A stretch of DNA of 64,000 bases, from NCBI GenBank assembly GCA_965261395.1, contig OZ253462.1, positions 160,001 to 224,000 of the forward strand. The letters are read 5' to 3'. Origin of the DNA: Candidatus Latescibacterota bacterium. GTDB taxonomy: Bacteria; Latescibacterota; UBA2968; UBA8231. Under the pieces are notes generated by a model. It was not told where the DNA came from, did not search any database, and was given only the letters and a program-made list of their open reading frames with translations. Below, in pieces: positions 47,805 through 58,428 of this stretch (the stretch's first letter is position 1; each line of letters opens with the position of its first letter). Position numbers and translations under genes: made by a program.

Positions 47805-49028
47805 CTAACCACCCGGCACCCAACCCAAGGCCGCAAAGTTCTTGCCGGTGAGACTCCGCATAAAGCGCGCCCGCTCGCGCGCTTCCCGTAGCTCCTCGCG
47901 CAGGTCCTCCGGCCGATAGACGCGGCCCTGCCGCACGGTCAATACCGGCTCGATTTTGCGATCGCCCTGCTCGCGCCGGCCGCGCACATCCTCGAACTCG
48001 AACGTCCCCTCCAGCACCTCAAACGCCGCCAGATCCGCCACCGTACCCTTCCGCAAAGTCCCCAACTCCTCGCCACGCCCGATGGCGTCGGCCGCCGCGG
48101 CCGTGCTCTGCTGCACGACGCGCTCAAGCGGCACGCCGAGGTTGAGCAACTTCGACGCGGTCTCCGGCATACTCTCGATCGGGCTATCCCAACTATGCGC
48201 GTGCAAATCCGTGCTGATCACATCGGCGACAAAGCCACCGGCCAGCGCCTGTATTGCGATCCCGTAGTCGAAACTGCCGCCGCCGTGCCCCACGTCGAAC
48301 AGCACGCCCCGCTCCCGCGCCTCCCACACCTGCGGCACCACTGTCCCCGAGTCGTCAACCACGCAGTCTCCCGTGCCTTGATAACAATGGGTCACTACAT
48401 CGCCGGGCCGTAGCAAGGCAAGCACCTCCACAATCGGCACCCCCCGAGCGATGTGTACCATCACCGGCACCCCCGCCCACTCGGCCGCTTGTACCGCCAA
48501 CTGCAAGGGTTTGGTCCCATTCTCGCCAACTTGGAAACCGCCCTGCCGCACCTTGACGCCGGCGCAGTGCTCCTGCCAGTGATGGGCTACAAACGCCGTG
48601 CGCTCTGGATCGCCGTACTGCAAATCGATCATCTCCCCCACTGGCCCACAGGTCAAGCCAATCGCCGAAATGTGCACGTACCCCAAAACCTCGGTTCGCG
48701 CCGGCTCGATCACGTAATCGACAAATCCCTCGAAGTTCGCCCACCCCGCGCTTCCAGCATCGACGATTGTCGTCACGCCCGTGGCCAAGCACAGCGCATC
48801 GCCGCGGATGCCCCAAGTCGTGCATCCCGCGTAGAGATGCGCGTGAATATCGATCCAACCCGGTGTCAGAATCTTGCCGGACAGATCTATCGTCTCCGCG
48901 GCCGGAGCCGTTATCGTCTCGGCCACTGCGGCGATCTTCTCTCCGACGATCCCCACATCGCGGATCCCGTCCACGCCCTGCGCTGGGTCCATCACCCGCG
49001 CACCCTTTAACAACAGATCGTAGGACAT
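47805..49028 (-). CDS. Amidohydrolase/deacetylase (dihydroorotase-like)
   Basis: PGWIDIHAH, GVTTIVDAGS, DVGHGGGSF and ISTDLH. Confidence 0.85.
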   Translation of the reverse strand: MSYDLLLKGARVMDPAQGVDGIRDVGIVGEKIAAVAETITAPAAETIDLSGKILTPGWIDIHAHLYAGCTTWGIRGDALCLATGVTTIVDAGSAGWANFEGFVDYVIEPARTEVLGYVHISAIGLTCGPVGEMIDLQYGDPERTAFVAHHWQEHCAGVKVRQGGFQVGENGTKPLQLAVQAAEWAGVPVMVHIARGVPIVEVLALLRPGDVVTHCYQGTGDCVVDDSGTVVPQVWEARERGVLFDVGHGGGSFDYGIAIQALAGGFVADVISTDLHAHSWDSPIESMPETASKLLNLGVPLERVVQQSTAAAADAIGRGEELGTLRKGTVADLAAFEVLEGTFEFEDVRGRREQGDRKIEPVLTVRQGRVYRPEDLREELREARERARFMRSLTGKNFAALGWVPGG

Positions 49029-49132
49029 TTCCCGTCCCTCCATTATCCTATTAAAAACCTCTGCGGCTTCTTGACACGACCAAGCCCAACCCCGTATATA
49101 ATTCGCTTTTTTACTCCAACCAGAGAGCCATC

Positions 49133-50131
49133 ATGGGAAACACTCCACCTGCCGCAGGCATCCGCATTCCAGCCGCTGCCTTGCGCGAACTCACCGCCGA
49201 CTTTTTCCAAAAAGCTGGCACTAATCCCACAGATGCCCAGCTTCTCGCCGACCTCTTGACGGCCACCGACCTGCGCGGCGTCAATAGTCATGGTACCTGG
49301 CAACTCCCCGGGTACGTGCATATGATGCTCGAAGGCCGCGTCAATCCCGGCCCTAATATAAAGGTGACCAGTTCAACCACCACTGCCCGCGTCTATGACG
49401 GCGATGGCGGCATGGGGCACTTTCCCTGCTACCAAGCCATGACTTGGGTAGCTGAGACGGCCGCGGCGTACGGCACGGCGGCGGCGACCACCCGCAACCA
49501 CTTCCACTTTGGCAGCGCCGGCAAGTACTCGCGGATAGCCGCGGCGGCCGGCTGCGTGGGGATTGCCATCTCCTCGCACCGCTACGATCTGTCGCCGGAC
49601 TCGCTAGTCAAAGGCGTCAACGCCACTTCGCCGATCAGCGTCGCCTTCCCCAACGGGGAGCAACCGCCCCTCGTGCTCGACATGGGCGCGCACATGCTGC
49701 CCTGGGGCGAGGAACTCTTCGCGCAAATCCCCTTCGCCTTCTTCAAGGAGCTGGGCATCGGCGCGGTAAACCGGGCGCTGGGTGGCGTGCTGGCCGGGAT
49801 TTACTTGCCGCAATTTATCCCGCCGACATCGCCTTGGGAATCCAACCAAGGGTCCTTCCTCGCGGCCTTTGACGTGCGCGGGTTTATGCCTTTAGAAGAA
49901 TTCCAAGCGCAGATGGACGCGTTCGTCGCCGCCGCGCGCAACATGCGGCCCTTCCCCGGCCTCGACCGCGCCGAGCTGCCCGGCAATCTGGAGTGGCAAC
50001 GGCAGCACGAGTACGCCCGCGACGGCGTGCCCATCAGTCCCCAACACCAGCAGCACCTTCAGAAACTAGCCGACGAGTTGGGAGTGACCACTCCCTTCGC
50101 CGCCTACGAATACACCCGCTTTACTGCCTAA
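49133..50131 (+). CDS. Ldh_2 family oxidoreductase (ComC/AllD-like)
   Basis: DLRGVNSHG, DGDGGMGH, NHFHFG and LVLDM. Confidence 0.85.
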   Translation: MGNTPPAAGIRIPAAALRELTADFFQKAGTNPTDAQLLADLLTATDLRGVNSHGTWQLPGYVHMMLEGRVNPGPNIKVTSSTTTARVYDGDGGMGHFPCYQAMTWVAETAAAYGTAAATTRNHFHFGSAGKYSRIAAAAGCVGIAISSHRYDLSPDSLVKGVNATSPISVAFPNGEQPPLVLDMGAHMLPWGEELFAQIPFAFFKELGIGAVNRALGGVLAGIYLPQFIPPTSPWESNQGSFLAAFDVRGFMPLEEFQAQMDAFVAAARNMRPFPGLDRAELPGNLEWQRQHEYARDGVPISPQHQQHLQKLADELGVTTPFAAYEYTRFTA

Positions 50132-50148
50132 TAGAAGAAGAGGAAGAG

Positions 50149-51147
50149 ATGACTCAACCCCGCATCCTGTCCAGCGTCGAGATCGAGTTTCAAGGCCAAA
50201 GCCAAGCCCGCGAGCTTATTGAACGCGCCGGCTTCGCCATTGAGGTCCGCCATCCCCAACCCGGCTGGCTCGACGAGGAGACGCGCGCGAAGCTGGACGG
50301 CGTCGACTCCCTGCTGGCCGGCGGCGAAAACCTCAACGCCGACACCATGGACCAAGCAGCACAGCTCAAAATCATCGCCCGCAACGGCGTCGGCTTCGAC
50401 AAGGTGGACCTCGATTACTGCACCCAGCGCGGCATCGTCGTCACCAATACCCCCGGTGCCATGGCCGACGCCGTGGCCGACCTAACCTTCGCCCTGCTCC
50501 TCGGGATGGTGCGCTCGCTCAGGTTAGGCGACCACCGGGTCAAATCGGCAGACACCTACGACGTTCCCGTCGGTGAAGACCTCTGCGCCATGACCTTGGG
50601 GCTGGTCGGCTGTGGCCGCATCGGTGTCGAAGTCGTGCGCCGCGCCCGCGGCTTCAAGATGCGAGTTCTCGTCCACGACCCCTATATCGACGACGCGCAA
50701 ATCCGCGCCCTCGGTGCCGAGCCTGCCGACCGCGCCACCCTGCTGTCCCAAGCCGACGCCGTTACCTTGCACCTGCCGCTGACCGAAGAAAACCACCAAC
50801 TCGTCAATGCCGAATTCCTCAGCCTTATGAAAGAGGGAGCTTACCTGATTAACACTGCTCGCGGCGGTCTGGTTGATGAGGCGGCCCTGATCGCCGCGCT
50901 CGACAGCGGCCACCTAGGCGGTGCCGGCCTCGACTGCCAAGCCACCGAACCGCCGCAAGGCCAATCCCTCGAACTAGTCCGCCGCGACAAGGTGCTAGCC
51001 CTGCCCCACACCGGCTCCAGGACCCTAAGCGCCCGCAAGCGCATGGCCCTCGTCGCCGCGCAGTGCATCGTCGCGCTATTGCAGGGCAGAGTCCCCGATC
51101 ACGTGGTCAACAAAGAAGTGCTGGATAGGTTGGATTTGGCGGGGTAG
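50149..51147 (+). CDS. D-2-hydroxyacid/phosphoglycerate dehydrogenase-like
   Basis: RNGVGFDKVD, GCGRIG, INTARG and LPHTG. Confidence 0.9.
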   Translation: MTQPRILSSVEIEFQGQSQARELIERAGFAIEVRHPQPGWLDEETRAKLDGVDSLLAGGENLNADTMDQAAQLKIIARNGVGFDKVDLDYCTQRGIVVTNTPGAMADAVADLTFALLLGMVRSLRLGDHRVKSADTYDVPVGEDLCAMTLGLVGCGRIGVEVVRRARGFKMRVLVHDPYIDDAQIRALGAEPADRATLLSQADAVTLHLPLTEENHQLVNAEFLSLMKEGAYLINTARGGLVDEAALIAALDSGHLGGAGLDCQATEPPQGQSLELVRRDKVLALPHTGSRTLSARKRMALVAAQCIVALLQGRVPDHVVNKEVLDRLDLAG

Positions 51148-51188
51148 TAGGGAATGACGCGGAAGTAAACCAAAAACGGCTGAGAAAG

Positions 51189-51473
51189 ATGATCTGCTCA
51201 ACCTTAGATCAGTATCTGAACGAAGACCGTGTACCGGCAAAGGCGGTCCACGATGAAGCCAGAGAACGCCACGGTGAGTACTATCTAAGCACCGGTTATT
51301 ACCTCCGTCTGTATCGCCAGCGTGCGGAACTGACTCAAGCAGCACTTGCCAAGCGGAGCGGCATCCGTCAACACCATCTATCCGAAATGGAAAACAATAA
51401 ACGGATGTTGGGAAAAGTGAACGCCAAGAAGTTGGCGGAGATACTGGCCTGCGATTACCGAAAACTGCTCTAG
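51189..51473 (+). CDS. XRE HTH protein (antitoxin-like), possibly N-terminally truncated
   Basis: LTQAALAKRSGIRQHHLSEMENNKR. Confidence 0.7.
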   Translation: MICSTLDQYLNEDRVPAKAVHDEARERHGEYYLSTGYYLRLYRQRAELTQAALAKRSGIRQHHLSEMENNKRMLGKVNAKKLAEILACDYRKLL

Positions 51474-51490
51474 CGTCCGACTCGATTAGG

Positions 51491-52144
51491 CTACGCGGCG
51501 ACTGGTTGACGAATTACGATTTCCTGATGCCATTTGATATGGGCGGCTTCCAACGCAACTGGCTGATAGCGCAATTTCACATCAAATCCACAAACAGCAC
51601 ACTTATATTCGTAGGCTTTCAGGACATTTTCTCGGAAGTCGGGGTCGCGTCTTTTCCGATTGGGAATCTGGACAGGAAACTCGATGCCAACGGTTTGCAA
51701 AATGTCTTCGTGAATCGAGGCAGGAAAATGAGCGTCCAACAAATTCTGGCTTATTTCAAATGCCAGTTTAGGATCATTCCGAAGACGAAGGGCAATAGGT
51801 TCAGGGAAACCACCTGAAACCTTGTAACGCCGCAGATCGGTTATGTAGGCATCCCCGCTTTTCGTTTGCCTAATTTTGTCTTCATCGGATACTTCCCATA
51901 CCCCATCATTTCTCAACCGCCAAAATGGAAACACGGATCTGTCGCTTGATTCCCAAGGTCCAAACTCTTGCAGTAGTTTTCCAAGCTCCTCGTCTATATC
52001 GGAATAAGCAATAAGCCTGCTCTCTGAGCGTAGCAATTTTCCAATTGCATACAGAACCAGCAAGGGTTTGTGAGGTGCTCTTTTCTCATCCCTTTTCCAT
52101 AGATGCAAGGTTCTAAATTTCTGTAGAATCAATTCTCTGTCCAT
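51491..52144 (-). pseudogene. SBD-HNH (phosphorothioate-dependent) restriction endonuclease, C-terminally truncated
   Basis: RAPHKPLLVL and PFWRL (sulfur-binding domain), RDPDFR and CAVCG...LEAAHIKWH; stops before the remaining HNH residues. Confidence 0.7.
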
Positions 52145-52184
52145 CGGTGCTCTCTACGGTCGGCACCCGTGCCAACCAAATCCC

Positions 52185-52958
52185 CTAAGAATCCAACCCC
52201 ACCCCTGGCGGCATAAAAAACTCATACTGCTCCGGCGTGCCGTAGCCATCCATCTCCGTCAGCCGCACCCCCGTGCTGTTGAGCGCCGCCTCGACGATCC
52301 GCTTGTTGAAGTCGCTGACATTTTCATCAGCCAGATACTCGGCTACCGGCATCCACAGACACTCGGCGATCTCGTCCTCTTGGATGTTAATCTCGGTGCT
52401 CAGTGGGCGCAGGCGGCAGACGAAGTAAATATCCGACTTGCCGAAGCGGTAGCCGTGCCAGTGGCGGAAGCAGACCAGTGCGTCGAACTCAGCCTCGACT
52501 CCGGTTTCTTCGGCGACTTCGCGCACCACAGCTTCGGCCAAGTGCTCACCGGCGTGCAGCGCGCCGCCGGGCAACTTGTAGCGCGGTGGGCCGGGCGCGC
52601 GCCGATGGTACTTTTCGCTGACCACCAACAGTTCCCGCGCCTCGTTGAGCACCACTCCGCCCGCGCCGATATAGTGCGAGGCGTAGGCCGGCACATACGC
52701 GCCTTCTTCCAGTTGTAAGGTCATCATCAGATAGCCGTCGCCGCTGTGGTGGAATGTAAACCCAGCTTCCACCGCTACGGGGACCAACGCCGCCTTGGCA
52801 ATCGAGACCTCCAGCCAGACCACCCGGTGGCCTTCCTCCTTCCAGGCCGTCAGCGAAACGCGCAGCCGCTCGGCAAACGCCGCCGGATCTGAGTCGAGAG
52901 CCTCTGGTTTGGGAATGATGCCGCCGAATGGATTGGTCGTTGCCGCAATAGATTCCAT
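52185..52958 (-). CDS. Nudix hydrolase (NUDT6-like with N-terminal domain)
   Basis: KLPGG...GEHLAEAVVREVAEETG Nudix box; GFTFHH and KSDIYFVC. Confidence 0.88.
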   Translation of the reverse strand: MESIAATTNPFGGIIPKPEALDSDPAAFAERLRVSLTAWKEEGHRVVWLEVSIAKAALVPVAVEAGFTFHHSGDGYLMMTLQLEEGAYVPAYASHYIGAGGVVLNEARELLVVSEKYHRRAPGPPRYKLPGGALHAGEHLAEAVVREVAEETGVEAEFDALVCFRHWHGYRFGKSDIYFVCRLRPLSTEINIQEDEIAECLWMPVAEYLADENVSDFNKRIVEAALNSTGVRLTEMDGYGTPEQYEFFMPPGVGLDS

Positions 52959-53136
52959 ATCCCGCCTCCTCAATGGCCGCTAGTGATAGCAAACCCCACT
53001 TGGCGTGTCAAGCGGGATTTATATATTTATAAAAAGACGACATAAAGAGATATTTTCTCTTTTATATTGATTTTTGAGCAAAATTTCCAACTTTAAGACG
53101 TAATAAAACGAAAAAATCAGATTAGGAGAGGATAAA

Positions 53137-54495
53137 ATGATAATCAGTTTCTCTGTTGAAAACTGGATGTCCTTCCGCGACCAAGCGACCTTCTCGATGA
53201 TCGCTAGCCGGGAGCGCCAGCATGGAAAACGCGTTCCTAAGCTCGGCAAGTACCAAACGAGAGTTCTTCCGATTGCAGCGATTTACGGCGGTAACGCCTC
53301 GGGCAAGACCAACCTTTTCAAGGCACTGAGTTTTGCCAAAACGCTAGTCGTCAAGGGCACTAGGCTTGACAGCCTGATCCCTATCGAGCCGTTCCGCTTG
53401 GATGGCAAGGGGACTAACCGCCCCTCGCGCTTTGCCTTTGAGTTGCTAATTGACGAAACCATTTACGAATTCAGCTTTGCAGTGACCCGCAAGGCAGTCC
53501 TAGAAGAAAGACTCGTGGTAATCACCAGTACCAGCGAAAAAGTGCTCTATGACCGCCGTGACGGAGAACCCAACTTTGACTCATCGCTCGCCAAAGACAT
53601 GTTCCTAGAGTTCGCTTTCAAGGGGACCCGGGACAATCAGCTTTTTCTAACCAACTCTGTATCCCAAAAGGGGGACAATTTCAGGACGGTCCATGACTGG
53701 TTCAAGGATACACTCAAGTTCGTCGCACCCGACTCGCGGTTTGATCCCTTCGAACAGTTTATTGATGAAAAAGATCCACTGTACACGACTATGAACGAGA
53801 TGTTACAACGGCTCGATACCGGGATCACCCATCTTGGCAGTGAAGAAATTCCATTCGAGAACATCCCACTTTCCGCTCCAATAAAGACCGAGCTTCAGGA
53901 AAAAGTGGAAAGCGGCATGACCGTTGAGTTGGAGTCGGGTAATGCCCGCTTCGTGATCACTCGCAAGGACGGCGAGTTAATCGCAAGAAAATTGGTCTCC
54001 TTTCATCCGAAATCGGACGGCACAGAAGCCAAGTTTGAGATTCACCAGGAATCGGATGGCTCACAACGGGTTATTGATCTCTTGCCTGCCTTTCTCGACC
54101 TTTCGGCGCAAACGTCGCCGAAAGTCTATGTCATTGATGAAATTGACCGCAGTCTGCATCCCTTGCTAATCCAGCAACTGCTTGAGACATACCTAGCGAA
54201 TTGCTCTACGGAAACCCGGAAACAACTTTTGCTGACGACCCATAACGTTATGCTGATGGATCAGCAGTTGTTGCGCCGGGACGAAATGTGGGTGGCGGAA
54301 AGGGATAAGTTCGGCGTGTCCAGCCTGTTTTCCTTCAGCGAATACAAAGACGTTCGTTACGACAAGGATCTTCGGAAAAGCTACTTACAGGGACGGCTGG
54401 GAGGAATCCCTCGCATCCTGCCGGGAGGCACTCTCACCAATCCTCATCTCACGGAGGAAAGTGAGGAGATGACGGATGCCGCCGAAAAGACGTAA
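53137..54495 (+). CDS. AAA_21/AbiEii (RloA-like) ATPase
   Basis: [36 protein letters not shown] and [10 protein letters not shown]; AT-rich leader. Confidence 0.88.
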   Translation: MIISFSVENWMSFRDQATFSMIASRERQHGKRVPKLGKYQTRVLPIAAIYGGNASGKTNLFKALSFAKTLVVKGTRLDSLIPIEPFRLDGKGTNRPSRFAFELLIDETIYEFSFAVTRKAVLEERLVVITSTSEKVLYDRRDGEPNFDSSLAKDMFLEFAFKGTRDNQLFLTNSVSQKGDNFRTVHDWFKDTLKFVAPDSRFDPFEQFIDEKDPLYTTMNEMLQRLDTGITHLGSEEIPFENIPLSAPIKTELQEKVESGMTVELESGNARFVITRKDGELIARKLVSFHPKSDGTEAKFEIHQESDGSQRVIDLLPAFLDLSAQTSPKVYVIDEIDRSLHPLLIQQLLETYLANCSTETRKQLLLTTHNVMLMDQQLLRRDEMWVAERDKFGVSSLFSFSEYKDVRYDKDLRKSYLQGRLGGIPRILPGGTLTNPHLTEESEEMTDAAEKT

Positions 54496-54536
54496 TTTAC
54501 AAACTGGTCGAGAACATCCTTAGCGAAAGACCATAA
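54476..54536 (+). pseudogene. Collapsed remnant of an RloB-like partner gene
   Basis: ATG-MPPKRR with a GAGGAG RBS, joined out of frame to [13 protein letters not shown]. Confidence 0.5.
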
Positions 54537-54540
54537 TTCC

Positions 54541-56379
54541 ATGCAACGCACACTGCACAGAAAGCTCATCGGCCCCAAGGCCCAGCGCCAGCTCCTCGCC
54601 TTCCTCGGCGAGCACCTGCCCCACTTCACGCCCCCCACTACGGCCGCAGCCTGGCACAAGCAAGCCCCGGCCCTGCGCGCCCAAGTTCTCGACCTATTCT
54701 TCCGCGGCCATCCCGCCGGCCTCCTCGCGGAAGAGCCGCAAGTCCACTGGGGCGACCGCATCGAGACGGGTGCTGGCTACACCATCCGCAAGCTGCGCTA
54801 CGAGGGCTACCCCGGCCTCTGGGTCCCGGCCCTGCTCTACGAGCCTGACCAGCTTAGGGAAAAAGCTCCGGCTGTCCTCAACCCCAACGGCCACCACGCC
54901 GGCGGCAAGGCCATGGACTACAAACAGGCCCGCTGCATCAACCTCGCCAAGCGCGGGATGCTGGCGCTCAACACCGAATTTCTGGGGATGGGCGAACTGC
55001 GCGCCGACGTCGAACACAACCGCATCGGCCACCTCGACCTGTGCGGCATCGCCGGCATCGGCGTGTTCTATCTCTTGATGAAGCGCGGCCTCGACGTGCT
55101 GCTCGCCCACCCCAAGGCCGATCCCGAACGCATCGGGATGACCGGCCTGTCGGGCGGCGGCTGGCAGACAGCCCTGCTGGCGGCCCTCGACGAGCGAGTC
55201 AAAGTCATCGTGCCGGTGGCTGGTCATTCAGCCGTCTGGCAGCGCCGGGGCTGCATCGAGGACATTGGCGACCAAGAGCAATGCCCGGCCGACCTTTGCA
55301 TGGTCGCCGACTACGACGCGCTCTCCGCGCTCTTTGCGCCGCGGCCGACCTTGCTCATCTACAACCGCCACGACGACTGCTGCTTCCAGACGCAGAGGAC
55401 GCGCAAGTCCATCTACGAACCCATTCGACCAGTCTTCGCGCTTTTGGGTGCCCGCGACAACATCGCCCTGCACGACAACACCGACCCCGGCACCCACAAC
55501 TACGAGCGCGACAACCGCTGCCAACTCTACAAATTTCTCAACCAACATTGGGGATTGGAAACATCAGACGACGACCTGTCCTATCGCGACGAATTGCAAA
55601 CCGAAGCAGCCCTCGCCGTCGGCCTGCCCCCCGACAACGCCACCCTACTCTCCATCGCGCAGGCAACTCTTGGCAAGATCCGAGAGCACAACAGAAAAGC
55701 GCGTGCTCCGGCCGCCGCACGCCAGGCACTCGCCTCATTACTCAAGCTGCCTCAGTGGAAAAATAAGTCCCTGCAAGAAGTCGGCACCGCGCAAAAGCGC
55801 CAAGACGGCACCATCCAACATTACCTATTGCACCTCGACGATACCTGGACCCTGCCGCTGACCGAATACACGCCGCCACGCCCCCGAGGCATTGAGCTGC
55901 TCATCGCCGATGGCGGTCGCGGTGCGCTCGCCGCCCCGCTGACCACCGCTCTCGCGCAAGGTCGCCGGGTGATAGTCGCCGACATCTTTGCTACCGGCGA
56001 ACTCCGCACCGATCCGCGCCACCAGATGCTGGTCGCCACCGCTGGCCAGCGCCCGCTCGGCATCCAGGTCGGCCAAGTGCTGGCGCTGCTAGCGACAGCA
56101 AGCCAAAAGAGCCGGACGCTACACCTGACGGCTCACGGTCGCGTCTGCCCGGTCGTCGCGCTGATCGCCGCCGCGCTAAAACCCAATTCCCTCGCCTCGC
56201 TGACGACCAACACCCTCATCGACTCGCTCGGCCGCCTCATCGATTGGCCGCTGTCCTACGACGCCGCCCCGTCTCTCTACTGCTTTGGCCTGCTGGCCGA
56301 ATTCGACATTCCCGACCTAATCGCACTCTCGGCACCCGTGCCCCTTGCCGACCCGAATCGCGGGCCGTTGCGCCGCTGA
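54541..56379 (+). CDS. Alpha/beta hydrolase (acetylxylan esterase-like)
   Basis: PAVLNPNGH, GMTGLSGGG nucleophile elbow and DDCCF. Confidence 0.8.
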   Translation: MQRTLHRKLIGPKAQRQLLAFLGEHLPHFTPPTTAAAWHKQAPALRAQVLDLFFRGHPAGLLAEEPQVHWGDRIETGAGYTIRKLRYEGYPGLWVPALLYEPDQLREKAPAVLNPNGHHAGGKAMDYKQARCINLAKRGMLALNTEFLGMGELRADVEHNRIGHLDLCGIAGIGVFYLLMKRGLDVLLAHPKADPERIGMTGLSGGGWQTALLAALDERVKVIVPVAGHSAVWQRRGCIEDIGDQEQCPADLCMVADYDALSALFAPRPTLLIYNRHDDCCFQTQRTRKSIYEPIRPVFALLGARDNIALHDNTDPGTHNYERDNRCQLYKFLNQHWGLETSDDDLSYRDELQTEAALAVGLPPDNATLLSIAQATLGKIREHNRKARAPAAARQALASLLKLPQWKNKSLQEVGTAQKRQDGTIQHYLLHLDDTWTLPLTEYTPPRPRGIELLIADGGRGALAAPLTTALAQGRRVIVADIFATGELRTDPRHQMLVATAGQRPLGIQVGQVLALLATASQKSRTLHLTAHGRVCPVVALIAAALKPNSLASLTTNTLIDSLGRLIDWPLSYDAAPSLYCFGLLAEFDIPDLIALSAPVPLADPNRGPLRR

Positions 56380-56441
56380 GGGCACCGCTACCGTCCGCTG
56401 CCGTGGCGATATGTTCGACGATTGTCCCGGGCTGTCGCTCC

Positions 56442-57518
56442 CTAGCCATATTTTTCCCGGAGGCACCGCGCCGCCTCCACCTCGTTTTTGAGCTTGCTAT
56501 AAACCTCGTCGATATCGACTTTCGCCGCCGATCCAGGGGCGAAACCGCAGTCCGGGTTGAGCACCACCCGCTCGGGCGCTAAGTACTCCAACGCCTGTTC
56601 CACCCGCCCGATGATCGTCTCTGGCTCGTCAACCTCGCCCGGATGCACCCCCACACAACCCAAGCCGATCTCCAAATCTTCGCGCAGCCCCTTAAACACC
56701 TCCGCATCCCCTGCGCCCGGACTGGTAAATTCCATAGTCAGATGGTGTACCTTCAGGCGATTGAGATGGGCGATGATCGGGCCATAGCCACCGGTGTGAC
56801 ATGCCTCGCCCCGGACCCGGGCACCCGCGCGGCGGCACAAATGCACGGCCAAGCGCACCCCTGTGGCTCCCTCCACCACCGCATTGGTCATCGCCACCGC
56901 AAAGTCGGCCTCGGCCTCGGGGTCGTCATATCCGGCTCGCACCTCGTCATCGACGAGCAGGCATAGATGCGGATCGTCGATCTGCACGATATCGGCACCG
57001 GCCTCACACAATAGCGCCAACTCGCGGCGCAGAATCGGCACACAAGCCTCGACGAATCCATTGCGGGTCGGATAGGCTCCGCGCGATTGTTCCGCATCCC
57101 ACATCCGCTCGCCCAATAGCGCCGGTGCCGGCAAGGTGGCCTTGATTTTGCGCGAGCTAACCTGCTTGAGAAATTTTATTTCCCGCGCGATAAACCCTTC
57201 GTCTTTCGGTGCCAACTCGCCCGTGACGATGGTCCACGGCCTGCCGTCCGCATTCCGGCCCAACTCGAAGCCATGCGCCAATTCGGCGATCACGCCGATA
57301 TACGAAGCGCGCCGCCATTCACCATCGGTGATCACGTCCAACCCCGCCTCCTCCTGCAACGCCACCGCATAGGCCACCGCCGCGTCCATCACCTGCCCCA
57401 GCCGCTCAGCGTCCATTGGCCGCTCACCCATCACCGCCTCGCGCACGAAATCCGGTCGCGGCAGCGAGCCGACCACCGCCGCCGGAAAGAGCGTCCCGTA
57501 GTATTGACGTGTCGACAT
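56442..57518 (-). CDS. Cobalamin-independent methionine synthase II family (single barrel)
   Basis: VVGSLPRP, TDGEWRR, HLC and LNPDCGF. Confidence 0.85.
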   Translation of the reverse strand: MSTRQYYGTLFPAAVVGSLPRPDFVREAVMGERPMDAERLGQVMDAAVAYAVALQEEAGLDVITDGEWRRASYIGVIAELAHGFELGRNADGRPWTIVTGELAPKDEGFIAREIKFLKQVSSRKIKATLPAPALLGERMWDAEQSRGAYPTRNGFVEACVPILRRELALLCEAGADIVQIDDPHLCLLVDDEVRAGYDDPEAEADFAVAMTNAVVEGATGVRLAVHLCRRAGARVRGEACHTGGYGPIIAHLNRLKVHHLTMEFTSPGAGDAEVFKGLREDLEIGLGCVGVHPGEVDEPETIIGRVEQALEYLAPERVVLNPDCGFAPGSAAKVDIDEVYSKLKNEVEAARCLREKYG

Positions 57519-57519
57519 A

Positions 57520-58284
57520 TTAGCCGCCGTATTCGTTTGACCAGCGCGCATTGGCTAGCGCTAAGTCCTCTTCAGTGTCAATTTCCATGTACTCGCCATC
57601 GGTGGACACCATGTGCAAGGCCAATCCTGCGTCCAACATTTCTTGGAAGAGATGAATCAGATAAGCCTTTTCGAATGGCGTGCCGTCCTTCCAAGTCTGC
57701 CCGGCGTACTCCGCCTTCATCCGCTGATAATGCGCCCGCAAAGACCGCGCCCCCGCCACACTGAACCGCGCCACGCCGATATACTCGCCGCTGGCCGCTG
57801 GCGCAGGAATGGCGCGGTTGACCTCCACGACCCGATCGCCCTCGGCCACGATCTTTTCGGCATCGTCTTCGGGGTGCTGGCTGCGATCTGCATAGCGCGT
57901 ACGCCAGTCCGTATCAACGCAGAGCGCGATATCGCCCTCGTGCTCCAGCGCTCGACGCACGACCGTGGGACGGTAGAGAATATCGGCATAGGAACAGACA
58001 AAACCATCGGCCATATACTCCTCGGCGCAAAAGAGCGAGGCCAAGATATTGTTGTGCTGCCAGTCGGCGTTATGGCAATAAGTGAGGTGCGGGTAGTCGG
58101 CCTGGATCTGCTCGATGCGATAGCCGCCGACAAAGACCGGCGTCTCTAACCCGGCCGCGGCCAGCGCCTCGAGCATCCAGTCGAGGATCCGCCGCCCGCC
58201 GATGGGCACATAGCATTTGGGCTGCCCGTCGGTCAGGGCATTGAGCCGGCTGCCGCGGCCGGCGCCGATGATGATGGAGCGCAC
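57520..58284 (-). CDS. Phosphocholine/phosphonate cytidylyltransferase family NTP transferase
   Basis: GAGRGSRL...PKC, GEYIG and EIDTEED; GTG start with AAAGGAG RBS. Confidence 0.85.
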   Translation of the reverse strand: MRSIIIGAGRGSRLNALTDGQPKCYVPIGGRRILDWMLEALAAAGLETPVFVGGYRIEQIQADYPHLTYCHNADWQHNNILASLFCAEEYMADGFVCSYADILYRPTVVRRALEHEGDIALCVDTDWRTRYADRSQHPEDDAEKIVAEGDRVVEVNRAIPAPAASGEYIGVARFSVAGARSLRAHYQRMKAEYAGQTWKDGTPFEKAYLIHLFQEMLDAGLALHMVSTDGEYMEIDTEEDLALANARWSNEYGG

Positions 58285-58428
58285 TGGCTCTCCTTTCGTT
58301 TTGACGCTTAGAGTATAGAGAGTGGAATAGGACGCCAATATACCTACCGCCTTCTACTGGAACAATCGTCGGTGGAGAGCATCGCCCTAGCACCTTATAT
58401 TGAACCATTACATATAGAAAGGATAAAT

